Origin: Octopus sinensis
Lineage: Eukaryota
Length of the DNA stretch: 64,000 bases
Reading direction: 5' to 3'
NCBI RefSeq assembly: GCF_006345805.1
Contig: NC_043003.1
Coordinates: forward strand, 2,294,001 to 2,358,000
In this document: piece by piece, positions 24,650 to 38,384 of the stretch
Position numbering within the stretch: position 1 is the stretch's first letter
Layout: every line of letters begins with the position of its first letter
Program-made: the position numbers and the translations under genes
Notes under the pieces: model-generated
What the model saw: the letters and a program-made list of their open reading frames with translations, nothing else
The model's database searches: none
What the model was told of the DNA's origin: nothing

Positions 24650-27600
24650 CAAAATATTACTTGAGACTCGACCATGAGAAAAGTTTGCTTTGGGATGTTG
24701 GGCTGAGTATGTTCTACGTAAGATTAGTAAAGACTAATTTTCCCTCCACCCTCCCACCCCCTCCACACATACCGGAAGTTCCTATTCTTTGCCATCCCGG
24801 GGTTGCTTCCCATGAAGACTGCAAATGCTCTTTCACCATCCCTACCCCTAGTCTCGACCTATGTAAGGTAATGTTCATACAGTGCAAAATATGAAAGGCT
24901 AGTGTTATGCAGGTTGTACTGAAGGCTACTTTACTACTTCATTACTTGCACATGAATTCTGCCAAATGCGAGCTTTCTTTTCAGGTACACCGTCCCAGGG
25001 TCTCTAGAGCCCATGCCTCCCACACCCTCAGGGTTGGCACCCTCAACGTTGGCACACTGAAAGGTAGGTCTGGTGAGATAGTCAAGATGCTTGAACGGAG
25101 ATGTGTGGATATATGTTGCATGCAAGAAATAAGGTGGAGAGGAGGATCAGCTAGGTTCCTCACAGGCAAGGAACGCAGGTACAAGATTTTCTGGGCAGGG
25201 AACACTAACGGAGTTGGTGGCGTGGGTATACTTATCGCTGAGAAATGGGTAGATAAAGTAATTGAGGTAATCAGAGTATGTGACAGAATACTTAAGATTA
25301 GATTAGTGCTTCATCATAGTTTAGCAACCATTATATCAGCCTATGCTCCTCAGTCGGGGCTACCCGATGGACAGAAAGACCGATTCTATGACACTCTACT
25401 GCAGACTACCTCGTTGACGAACGACAGAGACCTTATCTTTGTGGCTGGTGACTTCAATGGTCACGTTGGACGACATGCTGGGGGCTTCCATGGCGTACAT
25501 GGAGGCTATGGCTATGGCTCTCGCAACGAGGAGGGAACCAGGATGCTGGAGTTCTGCGATGCAAATAATCTTATGATTTGCAACACTAACTTCAGGAAAC
25601 CTACCAGCCACCTAGTCACCTACCGATCGGGCCAACATACCAGCCAAATTGACTACATCCTTGCAAGGCAAAGGGAGAGATGGCTGCTTATAAATGCCAA
25701 AACCTTCCCAGGTGAAGAATGTACCCCACAACATAGACTGGTAGTTAGTGACTTTAGGATCAGGACTAGGAGGACAACCAGAAGACGACCAATATGGAGA
25801 AGAAGGATCTGGAAGCTTAAAGATCCTGCAAATGGACAGAGATTTAGGGACATATTACTTGAAGCCTTTGACGAAGTAGAAGGGGATAGAGCATCACAGG
25901 GGGTAGAAGACAACTGGACGTTTCTAAGGGACAACCTGCTGAGAGCCACTGACCAGATCTGTGGCTGGTGCAAAGTCCCCTCTCAACCTAGAATAACGTG
26001 GTGGTGGAACAATATTGTAGACAGGGCTATTAGAGAAAAGAGACAGGCTTGGAAGGTCTGGAAAAATGGGGGTAGCAGGGAATTGTATCAGGCTGCCAAA
26101 AGAGAAGCTAGGAGACAGGTTTCTTTAGCCAGAGGGGAAGCAGAAAAGAAAAAGTTTGCCAATGTTCTGCGCCGTGAGGACCAAAGACTGGAGGTGTTTC
26201 ACGTTGCAAGACAGTGTGTGAGAGAGAATCGTGATGTGGTAGGAGAGAAGTGTGTTCGCATGGAAGATGGTTCACTTGCGCTAAATGAGGATGCAAAGAG
26301 AGAGGTTTGGAGATGCCATTATGAAAGGTTGCTGAATAAAGAAAAGGAATGGGATAAAGAGAGTCTGCCGAATGTTGACCCAACAGAGGGACCAGCTATC
26401 CGAGTTGATAGTTCCTTGGTAGCTAACGCAATTAGAAGCATGAAGACAGGGAAAGCCCCAGGCCCATCAGGAATCACTGCAGAGATGCTCAAAATGTCTG
26501 GTAGTGTCGGCTATAGCCTAGTCACCTGTATAGTTAATCAGGTGATACACAAAGGAGTCATACCCAATGACTGGTGTAGCAGCATAATAGTCAACTGCTA
26601 CAATGGTAAAGGTGATGCCCTAGATACAAATAACTACAGAGGTATCAAGCTGTTGGATCAAGTGATGAAGGTTACGGAAAGGGTCATAGCCAACTAATTA
26701 GAGAGAGAATTAGTTTAGATGAGATGCAGTTTGGGTTTGTGCCAGGGAAAAGTACTACTGATGCTATATTCCTGGTAAGGCAACTGCAGGAGAAATACCT
26801 AGCCAAAGATAAGCCCCTGTACCTGGCTTTTGTTGACATGGAGAAAGCCTTCGACAGGGTCCCCCGATCCCTTATCTGGTGGTCAATGAGGAAACTAGGG
26901 ATAGATGAATGGTTAGTGAGAGCTGTGCGGGCAATGTATAGGGACGCTGCTAGTAAGGTGAGGGTTGGCAACGAGTACAGTGAAGAATTCCGGGTAGAGG
27001 TAGGGGTCCACCAAGGCTCAGTCCTCAGCCCCCTCCTATGATGCGTGTGTACGAACAGACATGCTACATGGCAGTGAAACATGGGCCGTGACTGCTGAGG
27101 ATATGCGTAAGCTCGCAAGAAATGAAGCCAGTATGCTCCGATGGATGTGTAATGTCAGTACTCATACTCGGCAGAGTGTAAGTACCTTGAGAGAAAAGCT
27201 GGACCCAAGAAGCATCAGTTGTGGTGTGCAAGAGAGACGTTTGCGCTGGTATGGTCATGTGGCGAGAATGGATGAAGATAGTTGTGTGAAAAAGTGCCAC
27301 ACCCTAGCGGTTGAGGGAACCTGCGGAAGAGGCAGACCCAGGAAAACCTGGGACGAGGTGGTGAAGCACGACCTTCGAACTTTAGGTCTCACTGAGGAAA
27401 TTACTAGAGACCGAGACCTCTGGAAGTGTGCTGTGTGCGAGAAGACCCGACAGGACAAGCGCCGCCCCGACTGGCCTCGTGCCGGTGGCACGTAAAAAGC
27501 ACTATCTGTTCGTGCCAGTGGCACATAAAAAGCACCATCCGTTCGTGGCAGTTTGCCAGCTCTGTCTGGCACCTGTGCGGGTGGCACGTAAAAAGCACCC

Positions 27601-27768
27601 ACTACACTCATGGAGTGGTTGGCGTTAGGAAGGGCATCCAGCCGTAGAAACACTGCCAGATTTGACTGGGCCTGATGAAGCCTTCTGGCTTCACAGACCC
27701 CAGTAGAACCGTCCAACCCATGCTAGCATGGAAAACGGACGCTAAATGATGATGATGATGATGATGAT
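24650..27768 (+). mobile_element. Young RTE-clade LINE (APE endonuclease plus RT), internally deleted; 5' end uncertain
   Basis: 596-aa open ORF 24907-26697 (GTLNVGTL, AGDFNGHVG, SQIDYIL, NYRGIKLL); later frames QFGFVPGKSTTDAIF, FVDMEKAFDRVP, GVHQGSVLSPLL; (TGA)n tail. Confidence 0.96.
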
Positions 27769-27775
27769 TTGTGAT

Positions 27776-28004
27776 TTGACCCTTCAGCATTTAAACCAGC
27801 CATACCCGGCCCAAATATTCTACCTGTTTTAGGTTCAAACTGGCCAGACCCAGCCTCTCACAACTACACTGTAATATCATAGTAAAAATAAACGACTACA
27901 TCATCAAAACTTTGAATCCATGAGATATTGCATGATTAATTGAATACGATATGAATAAATAAGCATTATATTATGATAGAGGAGTCTGAATGCTAAAATA
28001 TTAA
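27776..28004. mobile_element. piggyBac-type MITE family; other copies at about 31003-31225 and 39585-39789
   Basis: ttaaccctttagcattt..aatgctaaagggttaa-like ends and shared internal ccaaatattctac. Confidence 0.65.
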
Positions 28005-29394
28005 GGTTTGTTTTTGACCAGGTCCACAAAGTGGTCAATGAAAATTAAGGCTCAGTGGTTTGTAACCGACTGATCAGGCTATATTCAAGACTGTTTGGTT
28101 TATTTCCCCTATTTTTGTGGGGTGCCAGTTGCTTGAAATCCCTGGTTATTTGAATACTGGTTAAGAGGGAATCAACCATATTTCTTTTGGGGTTTTCACA
28201 AGTGCAAAACATTGGAAACCAACTCCTTTTCAACTGTGACAATTCTCCCCCTCTTGCCCAGGAAGGCCTGCTTTCCCGCCACAAGGAGCACTTTTAAAGG
28301 TTGTTTGTTCTTAAGAGCTTTAGTAAAAGCCAAGCTGTTGACTTTAACATCGACCACAACTACTTCAGGCTCCCTCCCCACCACTCCTTCTTAAATTAGA
28401 AGGTTTTTGTCTGAACTTTCTGTTACCTCAATTGTTCTGCATTTCAGTTATCTTTTCCACAACTCAGTGTTTCGTTTATTTTCAAATTCACTGATAAAGG
28501 TTATTTCTACTCTTCATGCCTTATCTCTCCACAAGCAGATTTCATCCACATGCACCGTAAACACTCCCGCCATAGACACACAGTCATAAGCACCCAGCCA
28601 CGGTCTCTTGAGGACTGCACACTTCTTGCTAGACATCTTAATCTTTGATGATCTTTCATAGCAACTACATATCACTAACATTGGTGTGACTGCAATATCA
28701 AGTGTTAAGCTTCTTTCTGCCACAAGGCTTCAGTGTCTCCATGTTAGATTATTGTTTACACATGTGGGATAGAACAGCTGAACTCCCCAACATCTCACTC
28801 AAAATCCAGCAACAGCACTTTACACAAAAGGCCAAGCTTTCTCACCTCAACACACTGCAAATCCTAATCTACAGATACGAGTTTCAAATTTGGGGCCAAG
28901 GTCAACAATTTCAGCAGGTGGGGATGGGGGTGGTAGTTAATTACATCGACCCCAATACTCAACTGGTACTTTTTTAATTGACCCCGAAAGACAGAATTTG
29001 CATACAAGATGACAATCAGTTTGCTCAGCATCTAACGATGCTGCCTTATTAATCCACAGACATTAAAATGACCTAATTAAAACCGTCCATCAAAATTCCA
29101 AATTAATTCAGTTTACATTTAGGAAATGGCTGCTTGTAGAATAGAAACTTCCTCTTCTAAAATAATCTAAATTAAACTCTTCCATGAAAATTCTATTTAA
29201 ATTCAGTTCCCAGCAGAGATGCATTTCGTTCTCTGATACAAACTTCCTGCTTTTTAATTGATCTAAATTAAAATCTTCTTTCGAAATTCCATCTTAATTT
29301 ATGTTCCAAACACCAGCTTAAAAGTTATTTTACTAAATTCTCTGTTATTTTCCAAATTAATTAAAACGGGCTGTTTATTTCAACAGAAATTTGG

Positions 29395-30235
29395 TAATCA
29401 TCATCATCATCATTTTAATGTCCGCTTTCCATGCTGGTATGGGTTGGATGGTTTGACTGAGGTCTGATCTGGCAATGTTTCTATAGCTAGATGCCCTTCC
29501 AAACGCCAACCACTCCGAGAGTGTAGTGGGTGCTTTTATGTGCCACCGGCATGGGAGCCAGTTTGGTGGTACTGGCAACGACCACACTCAAAGGTGTTTT
29601 GTACATGCTACCTGCATGGGAGCCAGTCCAGTGGCACTGACAACGACCAAGCTTAATGTTGTTTTTCACTTGCTGGTAAGGTGACGCTGGCAACGATCAC
29701 ACTTGAATGTCACTTTTCATGGAGCCAATCTGTGGCCCTGGCAACAATCACGCTCAAATGGTGCTCTTAGCGCTCCACTAGTACGAGCCAATCAGACAGT
29801 ACTGTCATCGGCCACGTCAGTGATTTTCATTTCACCTGCCTCAACAGGTCTTCGCAAGCAAAGTTTATTGTCCAATGAATGAAGGGTACTCATAATGAAG
29901 GGTACTCATAAATGGGCTGGTTACACCCCTGGCATAGTCCACATGTTATGGTCTCACTTGGCTTGTCAAGTCTTCTTAAGCACAGCATATCTCCAAAGAT
30001 CTCGGTCACTAGTCATTGCCTCAGTAAGGTCCAATGTTCGAAGGTTGTGCTTCACCACCTAATTCCAGGTCTTCCTGGGTCTACCTTTTTCACAGGTTCC
30101 CTCAACTGCTAGGGTGTGACACTTTTTCACACAGCTGTCCTCATTCATTCGCAACACATGACCATACCAGCGCAGTCGTATCTCTTGCACACCACATCTG
30201 ACGCTTCTTAAATCCTACTTTTCTCTCTGTCGTGT
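29395..30235 (-). mobile_element. RTE LINE 3' fragment (ORF end, 3'UTR and tail)
   Basis: Reverse complement matches the ORF end (EDSCVKKCHTLAVEGT) and the UTR ending in (GAT)n. Confidence 0.9.
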
Positions 30236-30578
30236 TTTGATTGGATTGATCTCTGATTGTCATCTTGTTCTTAGATGTGAACATTGTCCCAGATTGGAGT
30301 TGAACTAATAACCATTATTTTTTAACTAATGCCTCATGTACGTTTTGATAGAAAATTGAGTTATGCTTTGAACTCAACCCTCCACATTTTATATAGTCTA
30401 CATATGTCTCCATCGTTTAACACCTTTCCTCCATGCTGGCATTGGGTACGCTTGTATAACTTACATGTATAATGTACTTGTATACTTATACATATGTGTG
30501 TACATTAGAAAGAAGTGATAGGTTGTGCCTCAACATTTGTGAGTTAAATCAGTAAAAGACCAGTTATTATTATCATAT

Positions 30579-30960
30579 AGGCGCAGGAGTGGCTGTGTGG
30601 TAAGTAGCTTGCTTACCAACCACATGGTTCCGGGTTCAGTCCCACTGCGTGGCACCTTGGGCAAGTGTCTTCTACTATAGCCTCGGGCCGACCAAAGCCT
30701 TGTGAGTGGATTTGGTAGACGGAAACTGAAAGAAGCCCATCGTATATATGTATATATATATATATATGTGCGTGTGTGTATGTGTGTCTGTGTTTGTCCC
30801 CCTAGCATTGCTTGACAACCGATGCTGGTATGTTTATGACCCCGTCACTTAGCGGTTCGGCAAAAGAATAATACAACGAATAAGTCCCGGGGTCGAGTTG
30901 CTCGATTAAAAGTGGTGCTCCAGCATGGCCACAGTCAAATGACTGAAACAAGTAAAAGAG
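30579..30960 (+). mobile_element. Composite tRNA-derived SINE (head, body, TA/GT microsatellite, 3' module); other copies at about 11021-11393-, 52025-52377-, 62120-62530+, 7855-8490-, 47470-47885-, 49370-49535+
   Basis: A box tggctgtgtggt, B box ggttcagtccc, body accttgggcaagtgtctt, 3' module ggtgctccagcatggccRcagtc..gtaaaaga. Confidence 0.85.
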
Positions 30961-31321
30961 TATTAAAACAATTAATTTGTTTTGGTTCCATACAGAAGTG
31001 CTTTAACCGTTTAGCATTTAAACTGGTCATATCTGGCCAAAATATTCTACATGCTTTACATTCAAGCAGGCCGTATCTGGCCTCTCATACCTACCCTGAA
31101 ATGTCATTTTAAACATAAACAATCATTGCAAAGTCAAGGCTACAAGAAAATGCAGGATAAATTCAAAACAATGTGAATAAATAAGTCTTACATTTGGCAG
31201 GGGATTTCTGGATTCTAAAGGTTTATGTAATCAATTTTATTGATTGATTTTGTTTATATGAAATTATTCAAGCAAATGGATATTTATTGTAACAGCTGGA
31301 TGTATCTGTCAAGAAAACTAA

Positions 31322-31465
<144 letters not shown>

Positions 31466-31579
31466 TAAGTATTACATTGATGAATATCTGTCATGTTTGT
31501 AGCATTTGATTATGATCAAAGTTGTTCATATGAAGATAGGTATGTGGAATCTATGGATAGTCTTTTTCGGTTTTTTGAA

Positions 31580-33387
31580 TGGACTTTTTGAAAGTGTCTT
31601 CAGTGAGCCATCTAAAACCATGAAGATCCATGACCCAGGAAAATTCTTCAAGGATATCGACCATACTAAACCTACCCTATCCGACATTGATTTCAACCCA
31701 GAAAACATAGAAAGAGCCATAGACAAGCTCTCCATGCACTCGGCTGCGGGGCCTGACGGTTTCAATGCCATGATACTTAAAAACTGCAAGGCACAATTGT
31801 TGAAACCCCTTACATGATATGGAGGGAATCTATGGAGAATGGCAAAATACCAAATACATATAAAGAAGCACACATAACTCCAATACATAAAGGGGACAGC
31901 AAATCAAAACCAAAGAACTACCGACCAATCTCACTGACATCACACTTGTCAAGGTCTTCGAAAAATAGTTCGTGGAAAACTGGTTGAGTTCCTGGAATCC
32001 AACAATCTGATGAATTGCAACCAGCATAGATTCAGGTTAGGTAGATCATGCCTTTCCCAACTACTGGCACACCATGACCAAATCCTAGAAAATCTAGAGA
32101 ATGGATACAACACAGATGTTATCTACCTCGACTTTGCCAAGGCATTTGACAAGGTAGATCATGGCATCCTGGGTCACAAACTTCGAAAGCTAGGAGTAGG
32201 AGGAAAAGTTGGTACATGGATACACGAGTTCCTTACAAATAGAACTCAACAGTCACTGTGAATGGAACCCATTCAACACCATCACCTGTGACCAGCAGTG
32301 TTCCTTAGGGTACAGTACTCGGCCCAATCCTGTTTCTCATCCTCATCTCTGACATAGATGAAGATACAACCAGCAACGTCTCATCCTTTGCTGATGACAC
32401 AAGGGTCATGAGACAAATCAAAGACGAGGTGGATACAGAGGCCTTACAAAAGGACCTGACCACCATATATAAATGGCAGGAAACAAACAACATGTTGTTC
32501 AATGATAAGAAGTTTGAACTAATTCGCTAGGGAACAGATCAAGATCTGAAAAATACAACAAACTACAGAAACCCATCAGGACAACAAATAATGGAAAAAC
32601 AGTATGTGAAAGATTTAGGCATCCACATGGGAACCAGCCTAAAATTCAGAGAACACCTTGACTCAGTCTGTCTTACTGGAAGAAAGTACAGCGGGTGGAT
32701 CTTGCGCACCTTCAAATCAAGAGATACCTCAACAATGAAAACCCTCTGGAACAGTATGATACTTCCGAGGATTGACTACTGTTCTCAGTTGTGGTCACCA
32801 ACAACAAAGGGCCAACTATCTAAGATGGAATCGCTCCAAAGAAATTTTACCTTATACTTCTCAGAAACGAGGGACCTGGACTATTGGCAAAGACTCAAAA
32901 CCTTGAAGATGTACTCAATAGAAAGAAGATTTGAGCGATACCGAATTATATACATTTGGAAAATGATAGAGCAAAAGGTGCCAAACTTTGGTATCAAAAC
33001 CTACCACTCACTGTGCCACGGAAGACGCTGCCAGCTACCACCAATCAACAAAAAGGCTGGCCAGGCAGCAAAAAACCTGCGAGAGTCAAGTCTGTTGGTT
33101 CGAGGAGCACAACTATTCAACTCCATTCCGGTACATGTCAGAAATCTATCAGGATGCAGTGTGGAATCATTCAAATTGCAGCTGGATAGATACTTAAGCG
33201 CCATTAGAGATGAACCCCATCTCCCAGGATATACACAACGAGCACAAACTGACTCAAACTCGCTCCTACACATGTCAAAATTAAACAGAGAATACAACCT
33301 AGCAACCACACCAGACTCTGAGGGTGGAGTCTTCGACTTGGCCTGAGCATGGACTCAAACTCAAATGAAATGAAATGAAATGAAATG
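31580..33387 (+). mobile_element. 5'-truncated CR1-type LINE (RT plus C-terminal part), few disablements
   Basis: AAGPDG, NYRPISLTS, YLDFAKAFDKVDH, SFADDT (FADD codons at 32387), ORF 32591-33346; (AAATG)5 tail at 33363-33387. Confidence 0.93.
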
Positions 33388-34854
33388 CCATTGTATTAAA
33401 TTAAGTGTTGAGCTTTTCTCAACATTGAGAAAAAACCCTGGCTGTCTTAAGTGTATCCAATTCATTTAGGTCACTTATGCTATATATTATATATATGTAT
33501 GGAAAGAAAAATTAAAAAGTAACTGCACACTTCCTTTTACAATGCACTAAATTAATTCCAAACTAATATTACTATTCAAGATTACATATTCCAACGTACA
33601 TAATTACAAACCGGTTTCACTTCTCATAGTATATATTCCTTACTGTGTACATGTGTAATGCTTGCTATTTCGAAATAATTTGGTAGTATTTTGGAATTAA
33701 TTGTAGTATGTATACATGTGTTTATGCATATGTATGTATGTGTGTGTATTTTTCTACACACACCCACATTGCTTATAAAAATGCGTGTATGTGTATATGG
33801 CCTTGTGTATAAAATGTCTCCAGTTTTCTTTTTCAAATGAACTGGGAGAATCCTACTCAGATATTTTGCAAGGAACCAACTTCAGTGACTTACTCTGAAC
33901 CCTTTCCTCATTAAATGAAAAAATTTATTGACAAGCAAAGGTTCAGTTTTAGGTCTTATTTAAGACATGAATCATTACAGATGACTACGGTTGTATTATT
34001 TTGGAAATCAGGCAACATGTAGCTTAAATATTAGCAAGAGAGTGGGGTTAACTAAATAAACCTCATGTTTAACTCAGCCAGTTATCTTTTCCACTGAGTT
34101 CAACAAAACCTTGAAAATGCTGAAAATGTTGGTCCCTATTTCTGTATATCAAGTGAACAATCCTTTTGTTGTCATCTCTGCCTGCAACACTTCTTGGGTT
34201 TTGGTGATCCCTAGGCCCTATATAAATTTCTTCTGCATAATATAATTTGTACCTAATACACAAGTTCACATGCTGTGTTGGAGCAGCTGTGGTTCATTCA
34301 ACCGAATGCAGTAAATATTTCCTGCAGACCAACAATGGTACAAAAGCAATGTTGAAGCTGACTGGTAGAATTTGAACTCTGCTTTTAATCAACAAAATCA
34401 ATTACTGCTCAACATGTTACCGTCTGTGCCACCCTTGATAATTTCACAATAGATTGTATTAAGATAATTGTAATAATGATGGCTTCAAATTGTGGCAAAG
34501 GTCAGTCATTTTAGAAAAGTAGGGGAAGGGGTCAGTCACATGATTATATATTTTAGGATTTAAATTTGCATCTTACTGAAATGACTAAGAATTGAAATTA
34601 AACATGTTTTATACTCGAGAGGATTAATAAAGTTCATTGATTAGTTATCATTTGTCATCATCATCATCATCATTATTGCAGAATCTTGCAAGAAGCCAAT
34701 CAATTCAATGTTTCTCCATCACAACAACTGAACTTCTCAGTCTTCTTTATTCTGCCAAACAAATGAGGCTCAATTTGAAGCTCGTTAGTAGCCTCCAGTT
34801 CTGCTGTTAGTCAGTACTCAAGATCTTTATCATTTTGTTGGGTTTTGTTTATGC

Positions 34855-36040
34855 ATCATCATCGTTTAACATCCGCTTTCCGTGCTAGCATGGGTTGGAC
34901 GATTTTGACTGAGGACTGGTAAGCCATGGAGGCTGCACCAGGCTCCAATCTTGATCTGGCAGAGTTTCTACAGCTGGATGCCCTTCCTAATGCCAACCAC
35001 TCCGAGGGTGTAGTGGGTGCTTTTTACGTGCCACCAGCACGGGGGCCAGTCAGGCTGTACTGGCAATGACCTTGCTCGAATCTTTTTACACATGCCACCG
35101 GCACAGGTGCCAGTAAGGCGACATTGGTAACAATCACGCTTGAATGGTGCCCTTTTATGTGCCACGGCACAGGGGCTAGTCAGGCAGTACTGGCAATGAC
35201 CTCACTCGAATCTTTTTACAAATGCCACCAGCACAGGTGCCAGTAAGGCAACGCTCGAATGGTGCCCTTTTATGTGCCACCAGCATGGAAGCCAGTTGGC
35301 TGCTCTGGCAACGATCACGCTCGGATGGTGCTCTTGGCACCCCACTAGTATGGATGCCAGTCATCGAATGTGATTTTGATTTCACTTGCCTCAACAGGTC
35401 TTCGCAGGCAGTGTTTGCATATTTGGTTAAATTTGTAACTGAATTTATTTGACATTTTCAGACTTAAGAACCGTTTGGTAAGTAGCTTGCTTCCTAACCA
35501 CATGGTTTTAGGTTCAGTCCTGCTGTGTAGCACCTTGGGCAAGTGTCTTCTACTATGACCCTGGGCTGGCCAAAGCCTTGTGAGTGGATTTGGTAAATGG
35601 AAATTGAAAGAAGCCTGTTGTGTGTGTGTGTACTATTACCTTGCCTTGACTCTGCATGATAATAATAAAGGATAAACGATGTTGTAGCTGTGGCTAGTGC
35701 CCCCTGACTGGCTCTCGTGCCAGTGGCACATAAAAAGCACACTCCAAATGTGATCGATGCCAGGTCCGCCTGACTGGCTCCTGAGCTGGTGGCATGTAAA
35801 AAGCACCAACCAAACGTGACTGATGCCAGAACCCCTTGACTGGCCCCTGTGCTGGTGGCATGTAAAAAGCACCCACTACACTCTCAGAGTGGTTGGTGTT
35901 AGGAATGGCATCCAGCTGTAGAAACTCTGCCAGATCAGAATGGAGCCTGGTGCAGCTGCTGGCTTTCCAGACCTGTCGAACTGTCCAACCCATGCCACCA
36001 TGGAAAGCGGACGTTAAACGATGATTATGATGTGATAATG
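34855..36040. mobile_element. Head-to-head RTE 3'UTR copies (about 34855-35410 on -, 35670-36040 on +) with a tRNA-SINE between
   Basis: Family core present on both strands; tails point outwards. Confidence 0.85.
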
Positions 36041-36133
36041 ATAAATAAACTGAGAAAAATATGAATTGTTGTAAAGTATTGATATTTATTCCAATACTAT
36101 TAAAATGTTATTCTTTTCTTTCTAATTTCCAAG

Positions 36134-36221
36134 CTATGTCCGTGCTGAAATATTGGCTGGTTTTGTAAATGGTCTCTTTCTCCTATTTATTGCTTTCTTC
36201 ATTTTCTCTGAGGCAGTCGAG
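36134..36221 (+). CDS. SLC30A7: ZnT7 exon 4 (YVRAEILAGFVNGLFLLFIAFFIFSEAVE)
   Basis: tttccaag acceptor, GTAAGT donor, 88 nt; CDF motif YGYxRAEILAGFVN. Confidence 0.97.
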
Positions 36222-36863
36222 GTAAGTTCATTTTAGTAATTCCAACACCAAACCTTCACGTATTATTCCTTGAATTTCTTTGGTTTTGCAATTTTAAAAT
36301 AATTAGATTTATTAAAGTTTCCTGTCGGTATTAGTCAGTACAATCTATTAATTGCACAGTCACATGATTGACCAGACTACCGGACATTGTTATACATTGC
36401 TAGTCACAATGTGCTTTGTATCACTTTAGCTTTCGAATAATGCCGTCCCACTGGCCTGGCAGGCCGGCCAACGTTTCCCCTGGTCGGAAGGCTAGTTTGT
36501 CACTGGGTGATCCGTTTGCAGCTGAGTGGACTGGTGCAAAGTGAAATGAAGGGTCTTGCTCAAGAACACAACATACAACCAGTCTGGGAATTGAAACCAC
36601 AATCTCACAATCGTGAATGCAATACAGACTGCTGCAGAAGTAACGTCCTTTTTGCATTTAATAACTTTTATAGGATATAAATGTTTATTAAGTAACTTTT
36701 TTATTGAACACAAATTTATTGATTTACTTAAAGAAACGAATAATAAACTAAGGAAAAAAAATTGCAGAAGTTTTTAAGAAATTAGAAAGAGACTCAGTTA
36801 GAACCTAGAAAATTCACATACAAAAGGGCCTTCTGCCGCACCCTGTATATCGATCCTCTAGGA

Positions 36864-37136
36864 CAGTGCTAGTCAAAGTGGTGGTCTGCGAGCCACCAGC
36901 TGCCGGTACGCAACGAGTTTTCAGAAAAGAAAGAAACGTTATAAAACGCTTTATGTAATATTGTATTATTTGTTTACAAAATAGATATAAGATGAAAAAA
37001 ATTGTCAACTTTTATTTCATTCATTATATATATTGTTTCTGGTATAAATTAATATTGCTAAGAAATATTATCGGTGCCTGGCACATTGGGGAAAAAAACT
37101 GCCAGTTCACCACATCTGATGGTTTGAGAAGCACTG
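36864..37136. mobile_element. Old hAT-type MITE
   Basis: Degenerate TIRs cagtgctagtcaaa / ggtttgagaagcactg; TSD eroded. Confidence 0.5.
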
Positions 37137-37882
37137 CCCCAGACCTCAAGCTTTCAGCCATTCTGTTGGTAATATGTTCCATAATTAAGATGAGTTTCTT
37201 GATGATCTTATAATCAAATTTTAATTTGGTGGTGGAGTCCCTCTTTGCTTTGATGGATAAGGGTCCAGCAAGACACTGCTACCAAGTTTATGGAAAATGA
37301 CCATTGCCCTATGGCCACCGGTGTGCAGGGTCAAAGCTGAAGACATCCAGTAACATCCTCTACCTGTATCCCCTTGCTTCTTTCCCTCCCACCACTGCAC
37401 TTCTGAAGAAAGCGTAATGTTACAGATGCTGGTGTTTTGCTTTGCTGAACAACCTCATCATCATCGTTTAACGTCCGCTTTCCATGCTAGTATGGATTGG
37501 ACGGTTTGACTGGGGTCTGGGAAGCCAGGAGGCTGCACCAGGCCCTCAGTCTGATCTGGCAAGGTTTCTACAGCTAGATGCTCTTCCTAATGCCAACCAC
37601 TCCGAGAGTGTAGTGGATGCTTTTTACATGCCACCGGCACGAGGCCAGAAGAGCTGACATTGACCACGATCGGATGGTGCTCTTTACATGCCACCGGCAT
37701 GGAATCCAGTCAAAGTGGCACTGGCATCGGCCACGTTCAGATGGTGCTTTTTACGTGCTACCGGCACAGGTATCGCAACTACAATTTCCATTTGATTTGA
37801 TTTTGATATTGCTGATGTTTTGCTGGGTTTGTGCAGAGTCAGTCTTGCTCTTTCGTACCTCCAAACTTGCATTGGTCAACTG

Positions 37883-38054
37883 CAGTGGTTCCCAACCTGT
37901 GGTCTGCCAAAGGTACTACGGGGGTTCCGTGAACTAAATTCAAAACTTCACACATTTATATATACACACAAGAATAAGCATATTAAAAGGGTCCTGTGTG
38001 AAAACTTATTTAAATAAAAGGGGTCCTTGGTCCTGCAAAGGTTGGGAACCAGTG
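37883..38054. mobile_element. hAT-type MITE
   Basis: TIRs cagtggttcccaacct / aggttgggaaccagtg; 6/8 TSD gtcaactg / gtctattg. Confidence 0.75.
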
Positions 38055-38384
38055 GTCTATTGCATCAAGTGCCACAACCTCATTAGGTATCAGGACACGA
38101 GATTTGTATGGAGTTACCTTTACTTAGATAAACAGCTAAAGAGCTGAAGGGTCATGTCTTTCCTGGCTCCATTTGGGTGTCAGAGGCAGTTCCATAATTT
38201 GCTAATAATTCCATAACTGGGATCATGTCTGACACAACTACACCTGGTCAAAATAGATCTCAGGGAAAATAGGGGCCAAGATGTGGTTCCATGCTTGTTA
38301 AACACTTAGAACTCCTGAACCAGGGTCTCACTACCGGATCCAGTTTAAAGTCATACCCAGGACACGACAATTAATATAATAATC

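Noticed and set aside
24622-24669. HDV-like ribozyme at the RTE 5' end
   Set aside because: A hairpin exists (gagtctca/tgagactc), but I could not find the P1.1, P3/L3 or catalytic-C arrangement.
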